A stretch of 63,091 bases of DNA, filler included, from Reticulomyxa filosa (lineage: Eukaryota; Protista; Foraminifera), in assembly GCA_000512085.1 (NCBI GenBank). It is 15 parts of 15 records of this genome, joined end to end, with 100 filler letters (N's around TTAATTAATTAA, not from the genome) between each part and the next. Parts side by side here need not be neighbours in the genome. Positions count along the whole stretch, not along the records: positions 36,088 to 37,254 come from ASPP01049204.1; positions 37,355 to 43,455 come from ASPP01003922.1; positions 43,556 to 47,936 come from ASPP01008662.1; positions 48,037 to 60,271 come from ASPP01040838.1; 11 more parts are not named here. One strand, 5' to 3'. Shown here piece after piece: positions 36,999-50,395 of the stretch. Each line of letters opens with the position of its first letter. The stretch's first letter is position 1. Both the position numbers and the translations under genes were made by a program. The notes beneath the pieces were generated by a model, which searched no databases, was not told the DNA's origin, and saw only the letters and a program-made list of their open reading frames with translations.

Positions 36999-39273
36999 AC
37001 ATTTACACGTGATTAATTAGGACTATTACAGCGAAGAAGACAAGAAGAGGTGAAGCTGTACAACAAGTGTATCAGATGGTCAGGTCGTTTCAATGGTCAT
37101 AATCTCGTGTTGGCATACAAGATTTGGAATGAATCAAGACCGAAGACTCAATTGAATTATATCTCATGGATTGGTAAATTGTCGACATTATCTCGTGGAT
37201 GTATCCATGCAGCTGAGGCTGGAGTGCCGATAGTTAAACCAGATTCTCATACAANNNNNNNNNNNNNNNNNNNNNNNNNNNNNNNNNNNNNNNNNNNNTT
37301 AATTAATTAANNNNNNNNNNNNNNNNNNNNNNNNNNNNNNNNNNNNNNNNNNNNTTTGTAATTCTCAATTTTGATCAACATATTTCATCAAAATAAAATA
37401 CTTTTAATTCAAATATTTGATCAAGATAACTTTGCAACACTTTTCATGCCAACAGGAAAAAAGTTCTCGGCTAAAAAAAAGTTTTTTTTGAAAATCTAAA
37501 TCTAGCAACATTTAAACAAGACCTTTCAAATGAAAACTAGTATTGAGTTATTGTCCCTTGACATCTATGATTTTCAGTTTTTTTAAGCTATTCTTACGAC
37601 GCTGTTACAACAAAAACACAGTACAAGAGCTCCTAAAGTTAAGTTGAATATTAACATACTTTTTTTCATTTTGAAATAATAGTACACAAAAAAAACAAAA
37701 CAAAAAGAACAGACTTCAAATGAAACAAAAAAGGAAGTCGAGACATAATATTGTGCAGAAATTAGAACTAATTTCACAGTCAAATAGTTTGGATTATCAA
37801 TGAAAAGAGAAGACAATGACATCCCTTTTGTAATCATTTTTTGCAATCAAATGATTGAATTAAATAATTTAAGAGTCATTCCAATGTGGTTGTTGCTGTA
37901 TTTGTAAATCTTATAAGGCGACATGTAACGACAAAACTGTCGTCCTACGATTATTTGGCTGCTGGACAAGGGAATCATAAATATCGCAAATGGAATGACC
38001 AATACTCTGGCGCACTCTCAGTTATTCTTAGTTGGTGCAGGCAATGACTACAAAATCGGATAATTAAAAAATAGGAGGTTATATACACCTTTTTTTTTTT
38101 TTGTGTATATGTTGTCTCTAATAGTCTTGGCCCCTTTTTGACATGCGCACTAGAACTTTTTGTATATTATATATTAAATGTATAAATAACCTTAATGATC
38201 AAATGTTCTTGACATTAAGAATTCTGTATTTTTGAATTTTTTGTTATAAATGAATTAAGAATTTTTCTTACAAAACATTTCAGCATAACTAACTTAAAAC
38301 ACTTACGTTTTTTCTTCTGTTATAAGTTGAATAGTATTCCAAGGTGAGCCCTGATGTTGACAACACCTGAAGAGAAGTATCTTTTTGTGAATTACAACAA
38401 ATTTACTTATTAATGTTTAAAATTTGAAAAAAAATATCAAAAACTGGAGAAATCGATGAAATTATTGAAATTAAATAACACAAAAAAAGAAGATGCTTTT
38501 TCAACTCTAGTCCAAGTTTTTTTCTTGTAAAAAGTTTTTAGAAAAGTTCAGTAATAACATTTAGACATTAAGATGAACTGATTCAGCTCGGAAAATTATA
38601 GTCGATTTGAAAAGAGAGTTTTGATTTTCCAATTCACATCATAAAATATCTTGTATGATTATTTTGAAATGATTCTCCGCAGAAACTTTGAATATTTCAA
38701 TGTCCATATTTTCAACAAGTTGTTTGTTTCTTTTTTTTGTTATCAAATCATGAATGGTTGAGCTCCACTTTGTCGGATGGGCTGTTTCCACAGATATTAG
38801 TTCTTTTCCATTTTGATAGAATGTATTTGAATTGACTTGTTCACCAGGCAATGCGGAAGGTGAATGTATTTGTGTCAACATTTTTGTTCATTTTCTTTAT
38901 TGTAGTCAATACTTGTATTCTGTTTGTTGTAACTTTAGAGAAAAAACAGCTCAAACACAAATTAATTTAAATATGATTAAAAAAGACAATAATGCGTTGA
39001 GCAAGTTTTGCCACTAATCAATTTGATCTTGCGCAGACAAACAAATAAATATTTTAAAAAGTGTTTGTATAAACAAAACAGTTGCTTTAATATCTTCTTT
39101 CAAAAGGATTGAACTAATGAAGCGTAGTCATTGCATCCGAAACACAATCTACTTACAATTTTAATGTTTTAAAATTTGAACAGAAGTTGAACTTGCAGAA
39201 AATTTTTAAATATCAAACAATTGGAGAAATTTATAAAATTTTGAAATTAAATAACACAAAAAAAGATTCAACT

Positions 39274-42200
39274 TCAGCACAAATTTTTTTTTAGAAGCTC
39301 AGTAAACAAATACTTCACATGACGGCAACTAAAACAGCTCGAACGAGAGCTTTTTTCAGACCACAGTTGACAGCGTCTTAATTTGGTACACTTACAACCA
39401 CAAATGAACTGTCTCGCAAAGTCACAACCATATTTCAAATCAAATTTTGTGCCAATCGACAACATATAGCCAAGAGTGATGTTTTCACATAAATTCCAAT
39501 GGTCCTTTCTTTAAGTTCGTGTGCTTGTCGACGTACTTTCTGTTCCATTCTTGAACAATGACTTGATTTTTTTTCCCGCTGGCCGTGTCTATACTGGTAC
39601 GCGTAGTTCTTGTTTTTTGCGGATCATTGATAAATATTGTGCCAATGGCATTTTGGACAGAGGATCACACAATCAGGTCTCTTTCATTGTAACAAATTTG
39701 ACAGGTGGCTATTATTCTCTTTTTACTTCTTGATGCTATTCATTTTACATTAATCATGAGATATTTTCTTGTAACTAAAGAGAAAGATAAAAAAAACAAA
39801 TGATTTTTAACTTGAATGACTTTGAGCGAATCTTATATTTACCAATTTTGAGAGCACACCAATTGAATTGTGACATGTCACAAGTTTCATATCTTCCATA
39901 CCAGCTTGCACCGCTGAAGTGTGTCCATACACCTGGCGTGTGACATCGGAGGCACATACAATATCATATCGAATACATGCAAAAACAACGAACACCAATA
40001 TCCAATCAGTCGGATATTTTCATATAATTAATTTTGGAAGCGAATGTTGTGTTTGACTGCAAACACATAACACTCCATTGCTACCTGCGTTCCTCGTCTC
40101 CATGTACAGCATCTATATGCACCTTTAATGAATTTATTCTGTTGGTCCTCTTCATCCGCATTGCCTCTATGTGGACATCGACAAATGCCTTGCTTTCACG
40201 ATAGATTCATGCTTCTTTGCAATGATACATCGTCGTTCTCTTTCACACGATTCATTGCCGCTTGTCGTACTGTTTGAAATAGTCCGACTATGTTTATGTC
40301 TCATTTCTTTTTTTTTTCCACTTTCATTAATTTTTTTCTATCCAAAGCTAAAAGAAATAACTCCACAACGAAAGGGTCCATGTTCACATTGCCTTGGCTG
40401 ATATATATTACAACCACTGACAACATGATGCAAATGACGTATAAATCCACATTTAGAATGAAATACAACTCTTTTATCCATTAAACGGAACTTCTATCCT
40501 TTGCGATACCAATTTCACGCATATCACAAGGGATATTTTCTGCGGAATAATGACCACTCCATTACCTCCATAATTCTCTGCTGCCATTGTCCAATGGTAA
40601 AATCACATTTATGTTCACTACAATCACAGAAAGATTTTCTCGTTCCTTTCTTTAATTGTATGGATCGATTTGTGAATTCACTACGAAGCAATCCATTTTT
40701 GGAATGTAATTCAGTTGGACAATCGCACTGTCGCAAATGTATTCAGTTAATGGATACTGATTCACGTCACCTTCTTTATTTTCGATGGTGGTGGTGGCTC
40801 ATAACACGATTATATTTATGACCGTTTATGTGATCATGGCTTTTTCCATGTGGTAACACGAATTTGGAGGGCAAGAAATTTGAACAGCGCCATTGCCGGA
40901 GGTACCCAAGTGTCTGCGAACAGCACCCAATACCAACTGTTATTGAAAATAACGTATTCAATGCTTGCACAACAACCAAAGACGTAATATTCAATGGAAT
41001 ACTTGTTACATATACTGGCGGGCTGCATTGAACCACTTGTTCACAATCTCTGAAGCTTTCATCTAGGCCCCAATGTTTCAATTGGATACAATCTTTTGGG
41101 TTGCTGTTTTTTGTCTTGTTATTGGAATATACAGTCGCAGGAGAAGAGCCAACCAATGACACGTCAATTACTTTTCCGTACATGTCAATGATACCTCCAT
41201 TGTGCTGATAGATAAAATAGTCCATATTCGATGTTATCGTATTGCACAACCCGTCACTGGCTCGAACGACTTGGTGGTGCACATTGTATGGATGCTACAT
41301 GAAAATAGTAGCCATTGACTACCATTGTCGCGTCCCTCCACATTTGCACCAGGTGAGATTGTGTACGCATTTCCATTCAAAAGCAATATTGGACCATGGA
41401 ATTTGAATTTGTGTTGGATTATTTATTTAAAATGGGGTTGACTGATTTCCAGATATGCAACGATTGTCCACACGTATCTTGGTACGACGTTTTGGAGGCG
41501 ATGTTTGAATGTATAAAGATATTAAGGAGATGCGACTATTGAGACCCCGGTTGCAAATATTGATTGGTATATCTTTTGATCGAACGTGGCTTTTTTTAAA
41601 TACGTGCTCGAGCTGCTGGTAAACTTTGATATTGCTTGCTTGATCGGAATAGATAAAGCCAAATTTTTGCATGTTGTCGTATAATTGGCCATCAAATTGG
41701 AAGTGAGTCCGGAAGTATGACCAACTAATATCCATATACTTTCAACACGCTTGCACACAATAGAGATGCAATTTGCACAAGCGCTGGCATCGACAAAGCA
41801 GTGGGGCGGCAATTGAGCAACAGTTGAATAAACGCATACGACGGCAACTGTTCATTGTGGACCGTATTACAGGCAATAAATCCCGTGCGCACTTATTTTC
41901 GGCAATCCATTTGAAACATTTTTAATACCCCAAATCAAATCAATAACAATATTTTACAAGAAGGTGGATCACAACGTGACTTCGGATTGAAATAAGATAT
42001 TGTTGCGATCAAATTCTTCGACGATATATGATCCAACACGAGTAAGGATAACAACAATCCAAAATTTTTGTACGGTAATACTCAAGCTCACTCGCCACAC
42101 AACACTCGCTTGATTGTTGGTATCGTTCCGTGTTCGTAATCAAATAAATATATTCGCATCCTCCATCCTTCATTCGAGTATGGTCATACTAATGATTGTT

Positions 42201-43455
42201 CCACACATCGACCTTGTGCTGTCACATGCTTCGTCGTATGCACAGGTTGAATGCACTCCCTTTGTTGTATTCGACGTAAATACTAACGAAGAATAGCTCA
42301 CGCTCGAGATTGCCACAATTGACACTGTAAAGCTTAATGTACTGCTTCTTGTTATACAAAACTTGCACGTATAATAAGATCTTTTTCCTCCTTCACGTTT
42401 GAGAGCTTGTCACCGTCTGTCGTTGTGATTCATCTTCAATAATTCTGCGCCATTCAAAACTGTTAACGGATATTCGCTCTAGCAACTCAGTACCTTAATG
42501 TTGCAATTATATCTGAATACTATGCATTTCAATTCGCAATGGGCTTATCTTTGCCATTTGTCGTTCCAGTTTGATAATGCCCCATTGCCTTGCAACCGGG
42601 GGTCTTTGTTAACGTATATCCTATTCAACATGTAAAGCCATTTGTGCGACAGGCCGTTCTTGTTCTTCAATGTCAATACAATGGATCTGCAGGTAACATA
42701 ATCCGTGCAATCGGAAAAACACGACTGACTGGCACAATCCAAGACTACTTTTCAACAGCCTAATCACCATCGCACATTGGCAGCTCGCAACACGCACCGT
42801 GTTTACAACTATAGTACAAAGGCATGTAAAGATATCGTATGATGTGTTGTTGAGAATACCAATAGAGTTACCGTTTGACTTTGCATTGGCTCAAAGCTAG
42901 GACTTTTGTCGGGAAGGATACGAATAGTAAAAGTTTGGTACGATTGCCGGAACGTGATCAAACGAATTCGTGAAGCATAGTAGAGACTATCGCTTTGGAT
43001 CCAGGAACAACTTCTGATAATTCTACGTCACTAAAACTTGTACATTGGACTGACTGAATTAGCGCAAGTGCAGTAATAACTGCAAACCAAAAACCAAAAT
43101 TCAAAATCCAAATTTTTTTTCTGCCTTCATGGCTTGGACGAACATATCTAGACAGGATTGGGTATGATAACACGACAAAGCGCAGCGAACGAATACCAAA
43201 TGTTATTATAAATGACACATTTTCCACGATATATTTGAAAAAAATCTTGCACGAAGTAGTTTGTATTTATCAACGCATGTACATTCCAAAAAAATTAATG
43301 GTCGAATAAACTTTTGGGCACGATAGATACTCGGTCCACAGTCAGCATCACAACAGAATGGAGAGTGGTAGAAAAATTTGTGGCATAGATCGGAGGATAA
43401 CATGGTGATTGCAGTTGAAGTGGAGTATATTCATATAACGAGATCTGGCAGTTGG
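39274..43455 (-). pseudogene. Large decayed gene, possibly a Cys-containing membrane or secreted protein
   Basis: A chain of short, co-oriented minus-strand ORFs with Cys-rich and hydrophobic segments and many stops and frameshifts. Confidence 0.3.
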
Positions 43456-43723
43456 NNNNNNNNNNNNNNNNNNNNNNNNNNNNNNNNNNNNNNNNNNNNT
43501 TAATTAATTAANNNNNNNNNNNNNNNNNNNNNNNNNNNNNNNNNNNNNNNNNNNNAACCGCAGAGAACGTATACAAAAAAAAAAAAAATGATTGACTAAC
43601 AATAACTCATAATAATAATATTATATACATACACACATATACATGTACATATATATATGTATATATGTATATGTATATATTTATTATTATTATAAGTTTT
43701 TGTGTGATGACAATGGCAAATAG

Positions 43724-45647
43724 ACCTCCGTTGGTGTTCAGCAACGACGACAATATATGTTCGCGCATAGCAAAGGAAGGGCTGCAGATGTTCAACAGTA
43801 ACCAGCTGCTGTGCAACATCGCGCAGAAAGAGAGCGGACGGACGCCGTCGTATCGGATCAGTGTGTTTGCGAAGTTGGACGTGCAGAAAATTGCAAAAAT
43901 AAAGTACGCGCCGGTATTGGGCTCGCCGAAAAAAGGGGGCGGCAAGCACGCGCAAAAGGTCGACGAGGAAAAGCAGCAAGCCATCCCAAACATGGCAAGC
44001 CAATATCTCTTGGCCGTATTCAACCTGCCCAATCCAAAGAAGTCCCTACCAGCGAGCGTCACTATTTATGAATTCAACACTATTTCAAAGTTCAAAAAAA
44101 AGGGGTTTTTTTTTTTTTTTTGGGAGGAGGAATTAAATAATAATAACAATAACAACAATAATAATAATAGTAATGATAATAATAATAATAACAATAATAA
44201 TAATAATAATAAATAAATAAATATATATAATTATTTATTTATTATTATTGTCTATTGAATGAATAGAAATGAATTGTGACAAAAAAACAAAACAAAAAAA
44301 AAAACAAAGAGCCTTTTCAAACTACTGACGAGAAGCATGTTCGAGGCGGACAACTGCCATTTGCTGTGGAACAGAAGTGGCAGCGGACTGCTTGCGTACG
44401 TATCGACGGACGTGGACACGAGCGGCAAGTCGTACTACGGGAAGGAGCAGCTGTACCTGATGCATCCCAAGCGCAATGTGAACGCGATGATAACACTGAG
44501 TGAAAAGGGCGGACTGCAGGAGGCGCAGTGGCATCCCAACAGCGACGAGTTTGTAGTGATTGACGACCACCCTCCTCGCGTGACGTGCTACAATCACAAG
44601 GGCATGGCGGTGAAGGAGATCGCCAGCGGATGTCCGCGCAATATCATTCGCTTCGATCCTCACGGCCAGTTTATGTGGATGGGCGGCTTTGGCAATTTAA
44701 ACGGCGAAATGAGCTTCATGCACTGGAAAGATGCAAACGCCGTCGAAATGCTCGGCTTCAACAAGGACGAAACCTGTCGCTATTACGAATACAGTCCCGA
44801 TGGCACCATGTTCGTCACTGCCAGGATCCACGAGTTTATCAAAATCGATAATGGCTTTCGCATTTACTCGTACAATGGACATTGCATCACTGAATATAAA
44901 CATGAGCGATTACATCAGGTTAGGAGAAGAAGAAGAAGGAAAAAGTTTTTTATGTATACGTATGTTCTTTTTGGTGGGGGTTTTTTGCTACATGCATCGA
45001 ACATGCAAACATGTTTGTGTATATATACTTATATATATATGTATATATATAAAATATTAGATAGCATTTCGTCCTGTTGCTGCACCACAACTGTATCCCG
45101 AGAGGACTAATATTCGCAAAGGCCCGACGCAACCCAAACAGTCGGAAAAGAAGGCGTACGTACCTCCTCATTTGAGAGACAAAGGCAACACACAACAACA
45201 ACAACAACAACAACAACAACATAATAATAATAATACCAACCAAAGCTCCGAACATGACAACGAGAGCAAACACAACTCAAATGAGCCCTCCCAACACAAA
45301 CATCAAAATCCTCCCAAACCAAAAAAACAGAAGCAAAACAAACAGGTTTGATTAAGCTTTACTTAACTTTTTTTTTTTTGAAAAATAAATTTTTTTGCGT
45401 CTTTGAATTGAAGGAAAATGACAATACTCCTTGGCCACGAGGCTCCAGATTTCAAGAGCACATAGGAAAGACCTTGGACGATACAGAAACCAAGTCTGCA
45501 AAGAAAAAAAGAAAAAAGAAACCAAAAGAAAAGAGAGAACAAGCACAACAAGGAGGACAAGGGCAAGAGCAAGAACAAGAGCAAGGACAGGGATCAGGGA
45601 CCTCAATCGACGCCTCTGCAAAAACTGAAAACGAGGGAAACGAATAA
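43724..45647 (+). CDS. EIF2A: Eukaryotic translation initiation factor 2A (beta-propeller), multi-exon, 5'-truncated
   Basis: STDVDTSGKSYYGKEQLY, PRNIIRFDPHG..MGGFGNLNGEM, YSPDGTMFVTA, KIDNGFRIYSYNG and AYVPPHLR are eIF2A signatures. Confidence 0.93.
44136..44220 (+). repeat. Intronic (AAT/AAC)n microsatellite
   Basis: Read directly; lies within an eIF2A intron. Confidence 0.9.
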
Positions 45648-47242
45648 TCTCTACATTTGAAATTCTTTCATAGTTTGGCTTTGTTGTGACTGATTTAATC
45701 AACTGTGAGTTTTGAAACAAATGTGTTGTCTCAATGTGAAAGTTTTTCCGTTTTTTTTTACAACAACAAAAACTTATTCACGTTGCAGACATTAATTTTT
45801 TTTTTTGGCGCACATTTTTATCCGGAAATCTACTTTATTTGTCACATTTTCTGGACCAAGACACTTTTCGTTCTGTCTCTCTTCTTCTTTCATATATATT
45901 GTGTTACTTTTCTTTCTCACGACAAGTCAGCCTATTTATCTTTTTTTCAGAGTTTTCCACACCGTTCACACTCCATTGAACATTGCAGAGATTGCACAAT
46001 CTTGATGTTTCCAGGTCTCTTGTCGTTATTCCAAACAGTTTTTACAATAAACAGCTACAAATAAATTGTACAATCTGGGACTAACATTCGCTATCAAATT
46101 CAACTCATTTACATATATTCATCATTGCTGTCTGTTGTTCTCCCAAAGCTTTACGAAATGATTTTATTGTGTTATTATTCTGAAGTGCAAAAGACGTTAT
46201 CACAAAACTAGAAATCAATTTTTTTTTAAAGACAAAACAAATTTAGTTTTGTAAAAATTTCTAAAAAAAAAAAGAAGTGTCGATCATGAAATAAAAATTA
46301 TTTATATGTTACCCTTTTTCTACATACATAAATACAATGAACTTATTAAAAAAAAATTATACAATTAGAATGCCCTTGACTTGGGCAACAATTGGTTCTA
46401 TTTTCATTATATAAATTTGACTTTTAAATGTAATTAAAGTTTCCAGCACATGCGTCACACTTTTTATAATATTCTTTTAAAAGAATTGATATTGAAAAAA
46501 ATTATGAAAAATTTGTAGAATTGAATTTATTAGAATAATCGTATTGCAATTTATTGCTGTTGATACCTTGTTCGAATTTAACCTTTATCATTTTATTAAT
46601 TCTTTAAACTTTTGAAAAAAAGACAAACGATACATACCAACACGACACAAAACATGGAATCGATTTTGCAGTTGTTTGTTTCAATGCCCTTTCAAAAAAG
46701 AAACATAATCCAGATTGAAAATTGCTTTACAATTACTTCATACCTTTTAAAATGCAGAACACCTAGTGACATTCAACATTGTGAGATTGAATTGTCCCAT
46801 CAATTCCCTAAAGTTATTTTTTAAATTTTTTTTGAAGCATTTTTGGTAAATTTTCAATCACTTCAAAAATCAAATAAGTAATGATAACTTGTTCTCAAAC
46901 AATAAAGAACGCTACAATACGTACAATAGGTGACTGTCAAACAAAGAAAAAAAGGGATTTCCGAACGACACCTTGTGCAAAGTTTTTTGATTAAATGTAC
47001 ATTGCATATCCTTTATAATATATGAACAAAGAGGGAAAGTTTTTGAGATCATACTTGTCTTTAAGAAGAATTTCGGCGATATTTAAAAAAATTACAAACA
47101 AAAAGGCTTGAAACTATTTTTTCCCATTTGTCAAGCATGATAAGGTCAAAGCTAGAAGGAAAGGGGAAAGATTATGTGTGGAAGAAGCAAGCACAAACGT
47201 TGAAGAATCCCACCACACACGATAGCAACAGAAAAGGTTTAT

Positions 47243-47805
47243 TCATTGGAAGATTGCCTCACGATATAACTGTGAATCCAATGCAATCAAACATCTTTCC
47301 ATACATAATGAGATTTGTGACAAGAGCAAAAGAATAAACATAACAAAAATAAAAAAAGGAAGCTTGAGAGAAGAAAGTATATACCTTGGAGGCGCCGGAT
47401 CACAAAGCGCATGCCCACAATTAGTTGTGTAGCCTTCATCATGCGGGTTGTCGGACGCAGAATAAGTATTCTTGACGTATTCAAAAGTCGTTTGGTTAAT
47501 AAGAATTAAATAAAAGTGATAAACTGTCAAAGAAAATACAAAACAAAAAACAAGGAAAGCATAAATAGCAATGGCAACAGCAAAAGGACTTCTTTTAAGG
47601 GCAGGAATAATTTGGTGTGTCCAGCGTCCATTCGATTGGTGATGTGCCAAATGTTGACATTTTAAATACACGATATACAAACAACAGCAGCCATTATAAG
47701 CGGAAAACAGGGTAACATTGGTAATAAAACCAACGAAATAGCGATAGTTTCTTTCACCAACACAAGTACCGAGCCAGGGACAATGATGATCAAATTTCCT
47801 CACAC
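47243..47805 (-). CDS. DHHC (ZDHHC/Erf2-like) protein S-palmitoyltransferase, 3' portion
   Basis: VRKFDHHCPWLGTCVGERNYRYF, two TM helices, NQTTFE (TTxE motif) and NPHDEG..NC. Confidence 0.95.
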
Positions 47806-48036
47806 TTTTTTTAAATAAAAAAAAAGGGGGGGAGGGGGGGGTACATCATACATACGACCACATATTTGTAAACTGTAAAACGAAAAAAGGTTATTTTTAA
47901 AAAGGAGAGAAAAGCAGGAAGAGGAGAGGGGGAACTNNNNNNNNNNNNNNNNNNNNNNNNNNNNNNNNNNNNNNNNNNNNTTAATTAATTAANNNNNNNN
48001 NNNNNNNNNNNNNNNNNNNNNNNNNNNNNNNNNNNN

Positions 48037-50395
48037 ACAATACTCAATTCAGCAAACGTGAATATGCATAATCAAGATTGGAGTAATATCAAAATTCCTT
48101 ATGCAATTTTAGATCATGCATTCCTTGAAGGAACTAACTTTAGTAATGCAAATTTAGATCATGTGCGTTTTTATCAATCTTGTTTAACCAAAGTCAACTT
48201 TACAAATGCATCAATGAATAACATCTACTTTGGAGAATATCCATATTTAGAAGGACATAGCTCAAATGTACTTGGTATTAAATTTTTACCAGATGGAACA
48301 AAAATAGTATCTTATTCAAATGATAATACTATTCGAGTATGGGATACATCCTCAAGAAAACAACTTCACATACTAGAAGGACATTCAAGTATAATAAACG
48401 CAGTTCAGCTTTCAAATGATGGTTCCAAAATTGTATCATGTTCATCGGATAAAACGGCTCGAATATGGGATGCATTATTAGGTCAACAACTTCAACTTTT
48501 GGAAGGACATTTAAAGAGTGTGAATTCAGCGGAATTTTCATCAAATGCTTCTAAGGTTGTATCTTGTTCAGATGACACTACTATTCGAATATGGGATGTA
48601 TCATCTGGAAAACAAACTCAATTATTAGCTGGACATTCAGCTTGGGTGAAAAAAGTGAAATTTTCACCAGATGATTCTAAAGTTGTTTCATGTTCAGTAG
48701 ATAGATCCATTCGAATATGGGATGCATCCTCTGGAACACAACTATTATTATTAGAAGGACATTATAGTTACATAACTGCTGTGCAATTTATATCCAATGG
48801 ATCAAAAATTATATCATCTTCATATGATAAGACCATTCGAACATGGGATGCATTATCAGGTCAGCGGCTTCAATTATTGGAAGGACATGTACATTATATT
48901 TATGGAATCCAATTGTCATCAGATGGTTCAAAAGTCTTGTCATATTCAGACGATAAAACAATTCGAATATGGGATTTGATATCTGGAAAACAACTTCAAG
49001 TCTTAGAAGGATCCTCTAGCGATATAAAAGCTGTAAGCTTTTCATCTGATGGCTCCAGAGTTGTGTCTGGTACATACGATGGTGCAATTCGATTATGGGA
49101 TGTATCATCTGGAAAACAAATTCAAGTACTAGAAGGACATTCAGAGCCAATACACAGTGTGGAATTTTTTCCAAAGGAATCCAAAATTTTGTCATCAGGT
49201 GGACGTACTATTCGCATATGGGATATATCTTTAGAAAGAAAAATCCAGTTAACAGAAGGACATGTAAATATTATGATGACAGTAGAATTTTCTCCTGATG
49301 GCTCTAAAATTGTATCAGGTTCTGAAGACAAAACAGTACGACTGTGGGATGTACAATCAGGAAGACAAATTCAAATATTTGAAGGTCATTCAGATCGTGT
49401 AAATGGGAACATTATTTTCTCACGATGGTTCTAAAATTGTATCATATTCATATGATTACACAGTTCGAATATGGGATGTGTTATCAGGAAAACAACTCCA
49501 ATTATTGGAAGGACATTCAAGTTGGATTTATAAAGTGCGATTTTCACCAGATGGTTCAAAGTTTGTATCATGTTCACATGATAAAACAATTCGAATATGG
49601 GATATATTCTCAGGAAAACAGATTGGATTATTGAATGGACATTCTGCCGATGTAATTGAAGCACAATTTATGCCAGATGGAAATAAAATTATGTCATGTT
49701 CATGGGATCATACAATTAGATTGTGGGATGCGTTTTCTGGCAAACAAATTCAGATATTCGAAGGACATACAAAATTTGTAGATGGAATTCAAATTTCATC
49801 AGACGGTTCTAAATTTGTATCATATTCATGGGACATGACAATTCGAGTATGGGATGTATCATCTGGAAAACAGCTATTTTCATTTGAATATAAAGATGTA
49901 ACTGAAATACAATTTTCTTCAGATGATACTACAATTGTGGCTTGTTCAAAAGATTGTACAATTCGATTGTGGAATGTATTGACTGGAAAACAAATTCAAT
50001 TATTAGAAGGACATTCCAGCGGCGTACGAGGAATAAAATTTTCATCAGATGGTTCTAAAATTATTTCATATTCAGATGACAAAACCATTCGAATATGGAA
50101 TGTATATTCAGGAAAACAAATTCAAGTATTAGAAGGACATAACGGTTATATTAACTGTATTCACTTATCACCCAATGGTTCAAAACTAGTGTCATGCTCA
50201 ATGGATAAGACAATAAGATTATGGGGCAGTGATAATAGCAAAATTGTTGATGTAACTGAGACTAGTGTAGTGCATTATATTTGGAGAGTAGGTGTTCAAA
50301 TTGGTTTATCAATGGAAGACAGTATTTGGAAGAACACAAAGGGTTTGGAAGATCAACAAAAATTACTTGTGAAACAACGTGGTGGAATATTTTGA
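48037..50395 (+). CDS. Paralog of the NACHT/pentapeptide/16xWD40 protein (C-terminal part); frameshift at about 49406
   Basis: TILNSANVNMHNQDWSNIKIPYAILDHAFLEGT is nearly identical to the first paralog. It has 16 WD40 repeats and the same C-terminus (KGL..QQKLL..QRGGIF). Removing one G at 49405-49407 restores the frame. Confidence 0.92.

Noticed and set aside
37880-38060. Possible Rho/Rac small GTPase relic (KTVVL...AGQ...LVG)
   Set aside because: Too fragmentary. No P-loop or intact DxxGQ/NKxD motif is present.
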